A DNA stretch of 64,000 nucleotides from an uncultured Bacteroidales bacterium (GTDB taxonomy: Bacteria; Bacteroidota; Bacteroidia; Bacteroidales; B18-G4): positions 576,479 through 640,478 of the forward strand of contig CAVWAP010000004.1 of NCBI GenBank assembly GCA_963753055.1, given 5' to 3'. Of this stretch, positions 48,686 to 57,861 are shown piece after piece (position 1 is the first letter of the stretch; every line of letters begins with the position of its first letter). A program made the translations under genes and the position numbers. The notes under the pieces were generated by a model. It made no database searches and was not told where the DNA came from. It was given only the letters and a program-made list of their open reading frames with translations.

Positions 48686-50332
48686 ATGAATTTGATAATC
48701 ATGAATAAATCTAAAAAACACTACATAACACGGGTAATAATAATTATTGGATTATTTGCCTTTCTCACGTCTAATGCACTATTTGCCCAGGACCCGGACA
48801 CCAGGAAAAATATTCAAAAACTAGCATCAGTGATACAGATCATTGACTATGCTTATGTTGATTCAGTCGACCTGAATGACCTGGTCGAAAATTCTATCAT
48901 CAGTACCTTGAAGGAGCTGGACCCGCATTCAACCTATATTAGTAAAAAGGAACTTGACAGGACCAAGGAGAGGCTTGAAGGTAGCTTTGACGGCATAGGC
49001 ATTTCTTTCCAGATATTTCAGGATACAATTATGGTAATCTCTGCGATTTCGGGAGGACCATCAGAAAGACTCGGAATCATGTCGGGAGACAAGATAATTG
49101 AAATAGATGGTAAAAAAGCTTTTGGTGAAGAGATTGATAATAAGTTCGTGATGGACCATCTGCGTGGAAAGAAGGGGACTTCAGTAGATGTCAGTATATT
49201 CAGAAGGGGTAATCCAGCCTTGATAGATTTTACCATTATCAGGGATAAGATACCAGTTACCAGTATTGATGCACATTATATGATCACTCCGGAGATTGGG
49301 TTCATCAAGCTTGATCGCTTCCAGAAAACCAGCAAGGCAGAATTTAATGAATCCCTGGAGAATTTGAAACAACAAGGTATGACCAAGCTTATAATTGATC
49401 TGCGTGGTAATGCCGGTGGTTTCCTTGGATCAGCAGTTGATCTGGCTGATGAGTTTTTAGATGAAAACAAAACTATTGTGTACACTGAAGGATTAAAAAG
49501 CCCCAGGGAAAATTACAAATCGACCTCAATAGGTCTTTTTGAAGAAGGGGACCTGATCGTCCTGATTGATGAGGGATCAGCCTCAGCCAGTGAAATTGTT
49601 GCCGGTGCTGTTCAGGATTGGGACAGGGGCCTTATTCTTGGCAGAAGATCATTCGGCAAGGGTTTGGTTCAAAGGCCTTATCCTCTGATTGATGGTTCCG
49701 TGATACGCTTAACTACCGCTCGCTATTACACTCCTTCAGGAAGGTGCATACAGCGTGCTTATGACGAGGGACGTGATGCTTATTATAAGGATCTGGCAGA
49801 CAGATGGGAGAGAGGCGAGATGCTTTCAGTCGACAGCATTCATTTACCTGATTCATTGAAATACCAGACCAATAACCATCGAATTGTCTATGGTGGAGGT
49901 GGTATAATGCCTGATATCTTTATCCCTTATGATTCAACCTGGATTTCAGACTATTATGTTGACCTGCGGAAGAAAGGTGTTTTGAATAAGTTTACCTTGG
50001 AATATGTTGATGATAACAGGACTGCTCTCAGCAAAGATTATCCTGATTTTGAATCCTATAAGAAAAACTTTGATCCTGATGATGAATTCATGCAACTGTT
50101 CATTGATTATGGGGAGAACGAGGGCGTTGAATTTGTTGAGGAAGATTATGAAGCCAGTAAGAATGTACTGACTAATCAGGTTAAAGGATGGATCGCACGT
50201 AACTTATGGGATATCAACGAGTCATACCAGGTTTATTCAGAGATTGATTTTACATTGCAGGAGGCAGTTAAGATCCTGGAAGACGGATCTAAGTTTGTCG
50301 AAATGAAAATTAATGGTGACCAGAAGCATTAA
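48686..50332 (+). CDS. S41-family C-terminal processing peptidase
   Basis: PDZ region plus DLRGNAGG, catalytic GSASASEI and GKGLVQ motifs. An alternative start is at ATG 48701. Confidence 0.9.
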   Translation: MNLIIMNKSKKHYITRVIIIIGLFAFLTSNALFAQDPDTRKNIQKLASVIQIIDYAYVDSVDLNDLVENSIISTLKELDPHSTYISKKELDRTKERLEGSFDGIGISFQIFQDTIMVISAISGGPSERLGIMSGDKIIEIDGKKAFGEEIDNKFVMDHLRGKKGTSVDVSIFRRGNPALIDFTIIRDKIPVTSIDAHYMITPEIGFIKLDRFQKTSKAEFNESLENLKQQGMTKLIIDLRGNAGGFLGSAVDLADEFLDENKTIVYTEGLKSPRENYKSTSIGLFEEGDLIVLIDEGSASASEIVAGAVQDWDRGLILGRRSFGKGLVQRPYPLIDGSVIRLTTARYYTPSGRCIQRAYDEGRDAYYKDLADRWERGEMLSVDSIHLPDSLKYQTNNHRIVYGGGGIMPDIFIPYDSTWISDYYVDLRKKGVLNKFTLEYVDDNRTALSKDYPDFESYKKNFDPDDEFMQLFIDYGENEGVEFVEEDYEASKNVLTNQVKGWIARNLWDINESYQVYSEIDFTLQEAVKILEDGSKFVEMKINGDQKH

Positions 50333-50346
50333 TGTAAATAATTCCA

Positions 50347-50354
50347 TAAATTTG
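50347..50354 (+). promoter_or_regulatory. Candidate -7 box (taaatttg)
   Basis: TAnnTTTG match 38 nt upstream of ATG 50392. Confidence 0.3.
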
Positions 50355-50391
50355 TCACTTCCTTATTAAAGATTAACCAGATTTCAACGGT

Positions 50392-51378
50392 ATGGCAAAT
50401 TTATCAACTAATTACATGGGGTTAAACCTTTCTAATCCCATTATTGTAGGTAGTTCCGGACTTACAAATTCCATTGAGAATATTAAAGAAATTGAGCAAA
50501 ATGGTGCTGCTGCTGTAGTGCTGAAATCTCTATTCGAAGAACAGATCAATTTCCAGATCAGCAAAACCATGAGCCAGACAGAGGATAACTTCTCATATCC
50601 TGAGGCCATGGATTATATCAGCAACTATACAAAACAAAATGATGTTGATCAATACCTTAAGTTGATCAGGGATTGCAAGGAACAGGTTTCTATTCCTGTA
50701 ATCGCTAGTATTAACTGTGTATCTTCACATGAATGGACAAGTTTTGCTAAGAAAATACAGGATGCCGGTGCGGATGCATTAGAGCTGAACATATTCATTC
50801 TGCCATCTGATCCTAAAAGGAATGGTGCACAGAATGAAGAGGTCTACTTCGATATTGTTGATAAGGTTAAAAAGCAAATTACCATTCCGCTTGCCATTAA
50901 AATCAGCCATTACTTTAGTGGCTTCGCAAATACAGCTTTGAAGCTATCATGGACTGGCATATCCGGCATGGTGTTATTCAACAGGTTTTTCTCACCAGAT
51001 ATTGATATTGATAAACTTAAGATTACATCAACCAATGTTTTCAGCACACCGGACGAGCTAGCCATGCCATTGCGCTGGGTTGCTATGCTGTCGACTAAAT
51101 TACATTGTGACATTGCTGCTTCCACAGGTATCCACGATGGGGCGGCTGTCGTGAAGCAGTTGCTCGCAGGCGCGAAAGCAGTTCAAATCAGTTCAGTATT
51201 GTATAAAAAAGGCTTTGGCCAAATTAAGACCATGCTTGATGAACTCACTCAGTGGATGGATTCTAAAGGATTTGATAAAATTCAGGATTTTGAAGGCAAG
51301 ATGAGCATCAAGGAAGTGGAAAACCCCGCGGCCTTTGAGCGGGTTCAGTTTATGAAGCATTTTGCAGGGATAGAATAG
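50392..51378 (+). CDS. Dihydroorotate dehydrogenase-like TIM-barrel flavoprotein (non-canonical)
   Basis: DHOD-family layout (NPIIVGSSG, ALELNI, GIHDG..V.K.LLAGA), but the active-site NISCPN is replaced by NIFILPS. Confidence 0.75.
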   Translation: MANLSTNYMGLNLSNPIIVGSSGLTNSIENIKEIEQNGAAAVVLKSLFEEQINFQISKTMSQTEDNFSYPEAMDYISNYTKQNDVDQYLKLIRDCKEQVSIPVIASINCVSSHEWTSFAKKIQDAGADALELNIFILPSDPKRNGAQNEEVYFDIVDKVKKQITIPLAIKISHYFSGFANTALKLSWTGISGMVLFNRFFSPDIDIDKLKITSTNVFSTPDELAMPLRWVAMLSTKLHCDIAASTGIHDGAAVVKQLLAGAKAVQISSVLYKKGFGQIKTMLDELTQWMDSKGFDKIQDFEGKMSIKEVENPAAFERVQFMKHFAGIE

Positions 51379-51400
51379 AGGAAAGGAATATTATATTCAT

Positions 51401-51443
51401 AAAAAAAGGGATTCCATCCTACGGGATGGAATCCCTTTTTTTT
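51401..51443 (+). terminator. REP-type perfect hairpin flanked by A- and T-runs; terminator for 50392..51378
   Basis: 12-bp stem gggattccatcc / ggatggaatccc, loop tacg, aaaaaaa upstream and tttttttt downstream. Confidence 0.75.
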
Positions 51444-51509
51444 GGAACAAACCTTTTCTCAGGGTATTAATATTTAGAACTACTATTAACTAATTTAATA
51501 CTCTTAACC

Positions 51510-52091
51510 ATGCCTAGTAAAAAAGATAAAACACCAATTGAACCTGATCGAGTCTATCATATTTACAATCGGGGTATTGACAGAACAAAGATTTTTTATA
51601 ATCATAATGATTATAAGTTCTTTATTATTAAGTATCAACAATATGTATCTCCTCATGTAAACACCTATGCATTTTGTCTTATACCGAATCATTTTCATAT
51701 TTTATTTAGAACAAAGCCTGGTAGCCATTTAAACAAAATAGTCAGCGAACAACTAAGGCGATTCTTCATTGTTCATGCACAACGGATTAATATATTGAAT
51801 AACCGGGATGGGAATTTGTTTTGCAAAAATTTTAAAAGGATTTTAGTGGATAAGGAAGATTATTTTAAAAGGTTAATCTTTTATATCCACCATAATCCAG
51901 TAAAGCATAAAGTTACAGAGAGTTATAAAGAGTATCCTTATAGTTCATATAATTTTTACTCCAAAGGGAATAATAATTTTATTGATTTTAATGGAACCCT
52001 ATCAATTTTTGGGAGCATTCAGGATTTTAAAGATTATCATAACTATTTACATGAAGAGATCTATATTCAAAAATTAATTTTGGAGGATTAA
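51510..52091 (+). CDS. REP-associated tyrosine transposase (IS200/IS605 TnpA-like, HUH Y1)
   Basis: HUH motif NHFHILF and catalytic Tyr context FYIHHNPVKH. 193 aa. Confidence 0.8.
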   Translation: MPSKKDKTPIEPDRVYHIYNRGIDRTKIFYNHNDYKFFIIKYQQYVSPHVNTYAFCLIPNHFHILFRTKPGSHLNKIVSEQLRRFFIVHAQRINILNNRDGNLFCKNFKRILVDKEDYFKRLIFYIHHNPVKHKVTESYKEYPYSSYNFYSKGNNNFIDFNGTLSIFGSIQDFKDYHNYLHEEIYIQKLILED

Positions 52092-52108
52092 AATATTTTA
52101 TTTGAAAA

Positions 52109-52150
52109 GGATTCCATCCCTTAGGACTCCATCCCGTAGGATGGAATCCC
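52109..52150. repeat. REP hairpin, expanded variant (right flank of RAYT); probable terminator for the - strand OYE gene
   Basis: ggattccatcc c ttagga ctccatcc cgta ggatggaatccc. The outer arms are identical to the left copy. Confidence 0.7.
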
Positions 52151-52178
52151 TTTACTAACTCTTTCTTCCTATTTCAAT

Positions 52179-53252
52179 TTAATAATCAATATAACCAACT
52201 TCTCCACCTCCATAAAAAGTATCCCTGTCCCAGGGCTTTAAATCAGCTCCGGTTTGGAATTTCTCCACTAAATCAGGATTGGAAATAAAAAGCTTCCCAT
52301 AAGCTACTAAATCAGCATTTCCTTCTTCTATAATTTGATTACCTGTATCATAGTTAAATCCGCCGTTGGTGATCAATGTACCCTTGTATATTTTACGGAA
52401 ATGGGGCGTGACCTCTTTCAGGTAATTCGGCAAATGATCAACAGATTCTAATGGTTCAATCAAATGAAGAAAGCATAAATCGAAAGCATTAAGTTGATTG
52501 ATCAGATACTCAAATGTCGCAACAGGGTTCGAATCATACATGTCGTGCATAATCCCGCTTGGTGATAAACGCAATCCAACTTTATTGCTGCCCCAGACCT
52601 TGCAAACAGCCTCAGTGACCTCTAGCATTAATCTTGCACGATGTTTAATGCTGCCGCCATACTCATCATCTCTTTTATTGGTTCCGTCCTGTAAGAACTG
52701 GTCAAGTAAATAACCATTGGCGCCATGGATCTCTACACCATCAAAACCGGCAAGCATAGCATTTTTGGCTGCAAGTTGGTATTGTTCTATAATACCTGGG
52801 ATCTCATCAAGGTCAAGTGCCCTGGGTGTTTCCCTTTCTTTATACCCCTCTGGTGTGTTTACTTTTCCTTCTGCCCTGATAGCTGATGGTGCTACTGGAA
52901 GCTGACCCTCAGGCTGAAGCAATGAATGCGAATAACGTCCTACATGCCAGAGCTGCAGAAAGATCCTGCCACCCTCATCGTGCACAGCATTGGTTACCCT
53001 CTTCCAACCCTGTATCTGCTCTCCGGAATGAATCCCCGGGGTTTCAATATAACCAATACCCTGTGGTGATATTTGTGTTGCTTCAGCTATGATCATACCG
53101 GCACTGGCCCTTTGCCTGTAATATGTAACCATGATTGACTTGGGTACATTATTTTTTCCAGCCCTCCTGCGTGTCAGGGGAGCCATGATAACCCTGTTGG
53201 ATAACTCATAAGGGCCAAGTTGATAAGGTGTGAGTAAAGGTGATGCTTTCAT
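52179..53252 (-). CDS. Old Yellow Enzyme-family alkene reductase (NemA-like NADH:flavin oxidoreductase)
   Basis: MAPLTRRRA, LQLWHVGR, GFDGVEIHGANGYLLDQFL motifs. Confidence 0.9.
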   Translation of the reverse strand: MKASPLLTPYQLGPYELSNRVIMAPLTRRRAGKNNVPKSIMVTYYRQRASAGMIIAEATQISPQGIGYIETPGIHSGEQIQGWKRVTNAVHDEGGRIFLQLWHVGRYSHSLLQPEGQLPVAPSAIRAEGKVNTPEGYKERETPRALDLDEIPGIIEQYQLAAKNAMLAGFDGVEIHGANGYLLDQFLQDGTNKRDDEYGGSIKHRARLMLEVTEAVCKVWGSNKVGLRLSPSGIMHDMYDSNPVATFEYLINQLNAFDLCFLHLIEPLESVDHLPNYLKEVTPHFRKIYKGTLITNGGFNYDTGNQIIEEGNADLVAYGKLFISNPDLVEKFQTGADLKPWDRDTFYGGGEVGYIDY

Positions 53253-53287
53253 GCCCGATTTTAATGCAAATTAAAGCTTTTTATTTA

Positions 53288-53295
53288 TATATTTG
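53288..53295 (+). promoter_or_regulatory. Candidate -7 box (tatatttg) for hmgA
   Basis: TAnnTTTG match 37 nt upstream of ATG 53332. Confidence 0.3.
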
Positions 53296-53331
53296 TTAAT
53301 TATTTAAATTAAATCTAAATAGTTTATTGTT

Positions 53332-54489
53332 ATGCCTTTCTATTATCAATCCGGGCAAATTCCCCATAAAAGACATGTTCAGTTCAGAAAACCCAATGGT
53401 AGCTTATTTGCTGAACAATTGGTTTCAACTGAAGGTTTCTCTGATAACTATTCCCTGGTCTATCACTGTTTCCCACCAACGCTGGTGAAATCAATTGATG
53501 ATGCTTATGATGTTAAGCCAGCTATTGCAATTGAAAGGAATATCCAGCATCGCAGCTTTAAAGGATTCAATGTTAAGCCCCAGGATGATTACCTCAGGAG
53601 CCGAGTCCCTGTGCTGGTAAATAATGATGTTTACATATACATGGCCGCCCCAAGGAAGTCGATGGAAGATTACTTTTTTAAGAACTCCGGTGCATCGGAA
53701 ATGATCTTTGTTCACGAAGGCAAAGGTGTATTGAAAACGATGTATGGCCAGATAAAATTTGCCTATGGCGATCACTTGATTATACCCAGAGGGACAGCTT
53801 ACCAGTTGGAATTTGTTTCTGAGAATAATCGCCTGTTAATCATGGAGTCATTCAGCCCCATCCGTTTTCCTAAAAGGTATATGAGCAAGCAGGGACAGCT
53901 TCTGGAGCACTCCCCATTCTGCGAAAGAGATATCCGCGTACCTGAGAACCTGCTGACACATGATGAAGAAGGTGATTTCCTGGTTAAAGTCAAACGGGAT
54001 GATATGATCATACCTTATCATTATGCTTCACATCCATTCGATTTGATTGGCTGGGATGGTTATCATTATCCCTATGCACTGTCGATCCACGACTTTGAAC
54101 CAATAACAGGAAGGGTCCACCAACCTCCACCGGTGCACCAGACCTTTGAAGGCAATAATTATGTTACCTGTGCCTTTGTTCCGAGATTATACGACTACCA
54201 TCCGGATGCGATCCCGGCACCATATAATCATAGTAATGTAGACTCTGATGAAGTACTGTATTATGTTGATGGGGAGTTTATGAGTCGCAAGCATGTGGAA
54301 AGAGGGCAATTTACCCTGCATCCAATTGGTATTCCGCATGGTCCGCACCCCGGAGCAGTTGAAAAGAGCATTGGACAGAAGGAAACAGGAGAGTTGGCAG
54401 TAATGATAGATACTTTTAACCCCCTGATGATCACAAAAGAAGCCCTGGAAATTGAAGACCAGGATTATTATTTAAGTTGGTTAGATTAA
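53332..54489 (+). CDS. hmgA: Homogentisate 1,2-dioxygenase (short Bacteroidota type)
   Basis: N-terminus MPFYYQSGQIPHKRHVQFRKPNGSL and cupin core. Context with hppD and fahA. Confidence 0.85.
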   Translation: MPFYYQSGQIPHKRHVQFRKPNGSLFAEQLVSTEGFSDNYSLVYHCFPPTLVKSIDDAYDVKPAIAIERNIQHRSFKGFNVKPQDDYLRSRVPVLVNNDVYIYMAAPRKSMEDYFFKNSGASEMIFVHEGKGVLKTMYGQIKFAYGDHLIIPRGTAYQLEFVSENNRLLIMESFSPIRFPKRYMSKQGQLLEHSPFCERDIRVPENLLTHDEEGDFLVKVKRDDMIIPYHYASHPFDLIGWDGYHYPYALSIHDFEPITGRVHQPPPVHQTFEGNNYVTCAFVPRLYDYHPDAIPAPYNHSNVDSDEVLYYVDGEFMSRKHVERGQFTLHPIGIPHGPHPGAVEKSIGQKETGELAVMIDTFNPLMITKEALEIEDQDYYLSWLD

Positions 54490-54507
54490 AGCTAAAAAAC
54501 GATAATT

Positions 54508-55599
54508 ATGGATGATTTCTTACCGATCAACGGAACAGATTACGTTGAGTTTTATGTAGGCAATGCCAAACAGGCTGCCTATTATTACCAGACTGCATTT
54601 GGTTTTCAGCCATTGGCATATTCCGGCTTGGAAACCGGTGATAAAGAAAAAACTTCTTATGTCCTGAAACAGGATAAAATCCGCTTTGTCCTTACAACAG
54701 CTATGAATGCCGATTCACAAGTTGCTGAGCATGCCAAAGTGCATGGTGATGGCGTTAAATTCGTTGCACTCTGGGTGGATGATGCCAGGAAGTCTTTCGA
54801 AGAAACCGTGAAACGTGGAGCAAAGCCCTTTATGGAGCCAACAGTTGAAAAAGATGAGCATGGGCAGGTTGTACGCGCCGGAATACATACATATGGAGAG
54901 ACGGTTCACCTTTTTGTAGAACGCAAGGATTACAACGGACTGTTCCTGCCAGGTTTTACTGCCTGGGAACCAGAGTATAAAACTGAAGATGTTGGTTTAA
55001 TGTATATTGATCATATGGTAGGAAATGTAGGTTGGGGTGAGATGAATAAATGGGCCGATTTCTATACCAATGTGATGGGGTTCAAACAGATCATTTCCTT
55101 TGACGATAAGGATATTTCAACGGACTATACGGCATTGATGAGTAAAGTTATGTCTAATGGCAATGGGCGTATTAAGTTTCCGATCAATGAACCAGCCGAA
55201 GGAAAAAACAAATCCCAGATCGAAGAGTACCTGGATTTTTATAATGGGCCCGGCGTGCAGCATGTAGCCATGGCTACCGATAATATCATTCATACTGTTT
55301 CAGAACTAAAAAGGAGGGGTGTTGACTTCCTGTATGTCCCGGGTACTTATTATGATACAGTTTCTGAAAGAGTGGGAAGTATTGATGAAAACCTATTGAA
55401 ATTAAAAGACTTAGGCATACTTGTGGATAGAGACGATGAAGGTTACCTGCTACAGATCTTCACACGTCCGGTTGAAGACAGGCCAACCGTATTTTATGAG
55501 ATAATTCAGCGAAAAGGTGCTAAATCATTTGGCAAGGGCAACTTCAAAGCCTTGTTTGAATCGATAGAAGAGGACCAGCGAAAACGAGGAACGCTTTAG
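54508..55599 (+). CDS. hppD: 4-hydroxyphenylpyruvate dioxygenase
   Basis: VOC-fold repeats, GPGVQHVA, and C-terminal GNFKALFESIEEDQ typical of HPPD. Confidence 0.92.
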   Translation: MDDFLPINGTDYVEFYVGNAKQAAYYYQTAFGFQPLAYSGLETGDKEKTSYVLKQDKIRFVLTTAMNADSQVAEHAKVHGDGVKFVALWVDDARKSFEETVKRGAKPFMEPTVEKDEHGQVVRAGIHTYGETVHLFVERKDYNGLFLPGFTAWEPEYKTEDVGLMYIDHMVGNVGWGEMNKWADFYTNVMGFKQIISFDDKDISTDYTALMSKVMSNGNGRIKFPINEPAEGKNKSQIEEYLDFYNGPGVQHVAMATDNIIHTVSELKRRGVDFLYVPGTYYDTVSERVGSIDENLLKLKDLGILVDRDDEGYLLQIFTRPVEDRPTVFYEIIQRKGAKSFGKGNFKALFESIEEDQRKRGTL

Positions 55600-55649
55600 T
55601 GGTTGGTGCCCTTCGGCTCCGCTCAGGATGACAATGTTAGTGGTTGGTG
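55596..55649 (+). repeat. 13-bp direct repeat ttagtggttggtg (55596..55608 and 55637..55649) flanking a 28-bp unique segment
   Basis: Read directly. The first copy contains the hppD stop codon. Confidence 0.85.
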
Positions 55650-55679
55650 GTTAGTAAATAGTAAATAGTAAACAGCAAA
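55638..55679 (+). repeat. Phased heptamer array tagtggt tggtggt tagtaaa tagtaaa tagtaaa cagcaaa
   Basis: Read directly. Ends 6 nt before the fahA ATG. Confidence 0.9.
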
Positions 55680-55685
55680 TAATTT

Positions 55686-56960
55686 ATGATAGCAGCAAAT
55701 AATCCGGAATTGAAATCATGGTTGGCAGTTAATCCTGGTTCGGATTTTCCAATTCAAAATATTCCATTCGGTATTGTCAGTATAAATAAGCAATCCCGAC
55801 CAGCAACACGCATTGGAGACTTCGTCATTGACCTGTCGGCAATGGCTGATTATGGGTTATTTGATAGATTGAATATTGAAGATTTATCTGTTTTTTATGC
55901 ACCGGTTTTGAATGATCTTATTAGCCTGGGGAAGCTAAAATGGACTGCTGTACGTAATCGTATTTCTGAAGTTTTCCAGGAAGGGAACAATGAACTTGCC
56001 GTTGATGCTGAAGCACGACAGCAAATCATATTTACAATCGATGAAGTGCAAATGATGATGCCAGTTCATGTTGGTGACTATACTGATTTCTATTCCAGCG
56101 AGGAGCATGCCACCAATGTTGGCAAGATGTTCCGCGATCCGGCGAATGCCCTTTTGCCCAATTGGAAACATATACCTGTTGGTTATCATGGAAGGAGCTC
56201 TTCAATCGTTGTTTCAGGTACTCCCATTCACAGACCTAAAGGACAAATGAAACCTGATGACCATGAAAATCCTGTCTTTGGTCCGTCCCGCCTGTTTGAT
56301 TTTGAATTGGAAATGGCCTTTGTAACAGGTGTGGCAACTCAGCTTGGAGATAGTATTCCGGTTGACAGAGCCGAAGATCATATTTTTGGCATGGTTTTGT
56401 TTAATGACTTATCCGCCAGGGATATACAGAAGTGGGAATATGTTCCGCTTGGCCCATTTCTTGGAAAGAACTTTGGTTCAGTGATCTCCCCCTGGATCAT
56501 TACACTTGATGCCCTTGAGCCATACCGTGTAGCCGGACCTGTCCAGGAGCCGCAGGTGCTTCCTTACCTTCAATTTTCCGGGCATAGGAACTTTGATATC
56601 AACCTTGAAGTATATTTGCAGCCCCAGGATCATGACACATATAAAATCTGCAGTTCAAATTTTAGATATATGTACTGGAACATGAGCCAGCAGCTTGCCC
56701 ACCAGACAGTCAATGGATGTAATATCAATGTGGGGGATATGTATGCCTCCGGGACGATAAGCGGCCCGACCCCAGATTCATTTGGATCAATGCTGGAGCT
56801 GTCTTGGAAAGGGACAAAACCACTGAAACTGGCCGAGGGGATTGAGCGTAAGTTTATCCAGGACAATGACACCATTATTATGAAAGGTTTTTGTGAGAAA
56901 GAGGGGGTCCGGATCGGATTTGGAGAGGTTTCGACAAAAGTATTACCAACAAAGGATTAG
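55686..56960 (+). CDS. fahA: Fumarylacetoacetase
   Basis: 424 aa with N-terminal FAH domain and C-terminal FAH fold. Motifs PFGI, GDYTDFYSS, ELEMAF. Confidence 0.9.
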   Translation: MIAANNPELKSWLAVNPGSDFPIQNIPFGIVSINKQSRPATRIGDFVIDLSAMADYGLFDRLNIEDLSVFYAPVLNDLISLGKLKWTAVRNRISEVFQEGNNELAVDAEARQQIIFTIDEVQMMMPVHVGDYTDFYSSEEHATNVGKMFRDPANALLPNWKHIPVGYHGRSSSIVVSGTPIHRPKGQMKPDDHENPVFGPSRLFDFELEMAFVTGVATQLGDSIPVDRAEDHIFGMVLFNDLSARDIQKWEYVPLGPFLGKNFGSVISPWIITLDALEPYRVAGPVQEPQVLPYLQFSGHRNFDINLEVYLQPQDHDTYKICSSNFRYMYWNMSQQLAHQTVNGCNINVGDMYASGTISGPTPDSFGSMLELSWKGTKPLKLAEGIERKFIQDNDTIIMKGFCEKEGVRIGFGEVSTKVLPTKD

Positions 56961-56985
56961 AAGGAATATCCAATAAATAAAAAAT

Positions 56986-57861
56986 ATGATCACTATCAAC
57001 CCGGCCGATATTACTGTACCAAAATTGCATCATTATCTGCTTGGTGCTGTAGCCCCCAGGCCAATTGCTTTTGCAAGTACTATTGATAAGGCCGGTAATC
57101 CCAACCTGTCGCCTTTTAGTTTCTTTAATGCATTTGGAGTGAATCCATCCACACTAATATTTTCTCCTTCAAGGAGGGGAAGAGACAATACCACAAAAGA
57201 TACTTATAAGAACCTTAAAGAGGTACCTGAAACAGTGATTAATGTGGTAACCTATGATATTGTACAACAGGCAAGTCTTGCCAGCACTGAGTATCCGGAA
57301 GATGTAAATGAGTTTGTTAAAGCAGGCCTGACAATGCTGCCATCAGAGAAAATACGTCCTTTCAGGGTGCAGGAGTCACCGGTGCAATTTGAATGTAAGG
57401 TTAGGGATATCATTGAAACAGGGAATCAAGGAGGAGCGGGAAACCTGGTTATCTGCGAAATAGTATTGATGCACATTAATCCGGATGTGCTGGATGAAGA
57501 AGGAGTGATTGACCCACAAAAAATTAGGCTGGTTGGCCGGTTGGGCAAGGATTTTTACGCAAAAGCCTTTGGTGATGGAGTATTCGAAGTTGCCAAACCG
57601 TTGCAGAAGAAAGGTATTGGTATTGATAATCTTCCGGAAAAGATACGTACAAGTACAATCCTGACAGGTAATGAGCTTGGATTGCTGGGAAACCTGGAAA
57701 GCTTACCTTCACAGGAAGAGATTAATGAAGTAAAAAAAACTTCCACCATCCAGGCCATACTTGATCATCCTGATGATGCACAAAGCGTATTAATGACCCT
57801 GGCAAGAAGATACCTCCGGGAAGAAAATGTATATGATGCCTTGAAGATCCTAATGATATGA
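56986..57861 (+). CDS. Flavin reductase-like (split-barrel, DIM6/NTAB family) protein with C-terminal extension
   Basis: VAPRPIAFAST..G.PNLSPFSFFN is typical of the family. ATGA overlap with the next gene. Confidence 0.7.
   Translation: MITINPADITVPKLHHYLLGAVAPRPIAFASTIDKAGNPNLSPFSFFNAFGVNPSTLIFSPSRRGRDNTTKDTYKNLKEVPETVINVVTYDIVQQASLASTEYPEDVNEFVKAGLTMLPSEKIRPFRVQESPVQFECKVRDIIETGNQGGAGNLVICEIVLMHINPDVLDEEGVIDPQKIRLVGRLGKDFYAKAFGDGVFEVAKPLQKKGIGIDNLPEKIRTSTILTGNELGLLGNLESLPSQEEINEVKKTSTIQAILDHPDDAQSVLMTLARRYLREENVYDALKILMI

Larger units (their letters stand above)
51401..52153 (+). mobile_element. RAYT unit: tyrosine-transposase gene bracketed by inverted REP hairpins
   Basis: The same ggattccatcc...ggatggaatccc palindrome occurs at 51408..51435 and 52109..52150 with inverted loops (tacg vs cgta). 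The enclosed gene is visibly more AT-rich than its neighbours. Confidence 0.65.

Noticed and set aside
55609-55636. The GC-rich 28-mer cccttcggctccgctcaggatgacaatg as a member of a known dispersed repeat family
   Set aside because: The resemblance is from memory only, and there is just one copy in this window. It is kept as an observation under the direct-repeat finding, not as an element call.
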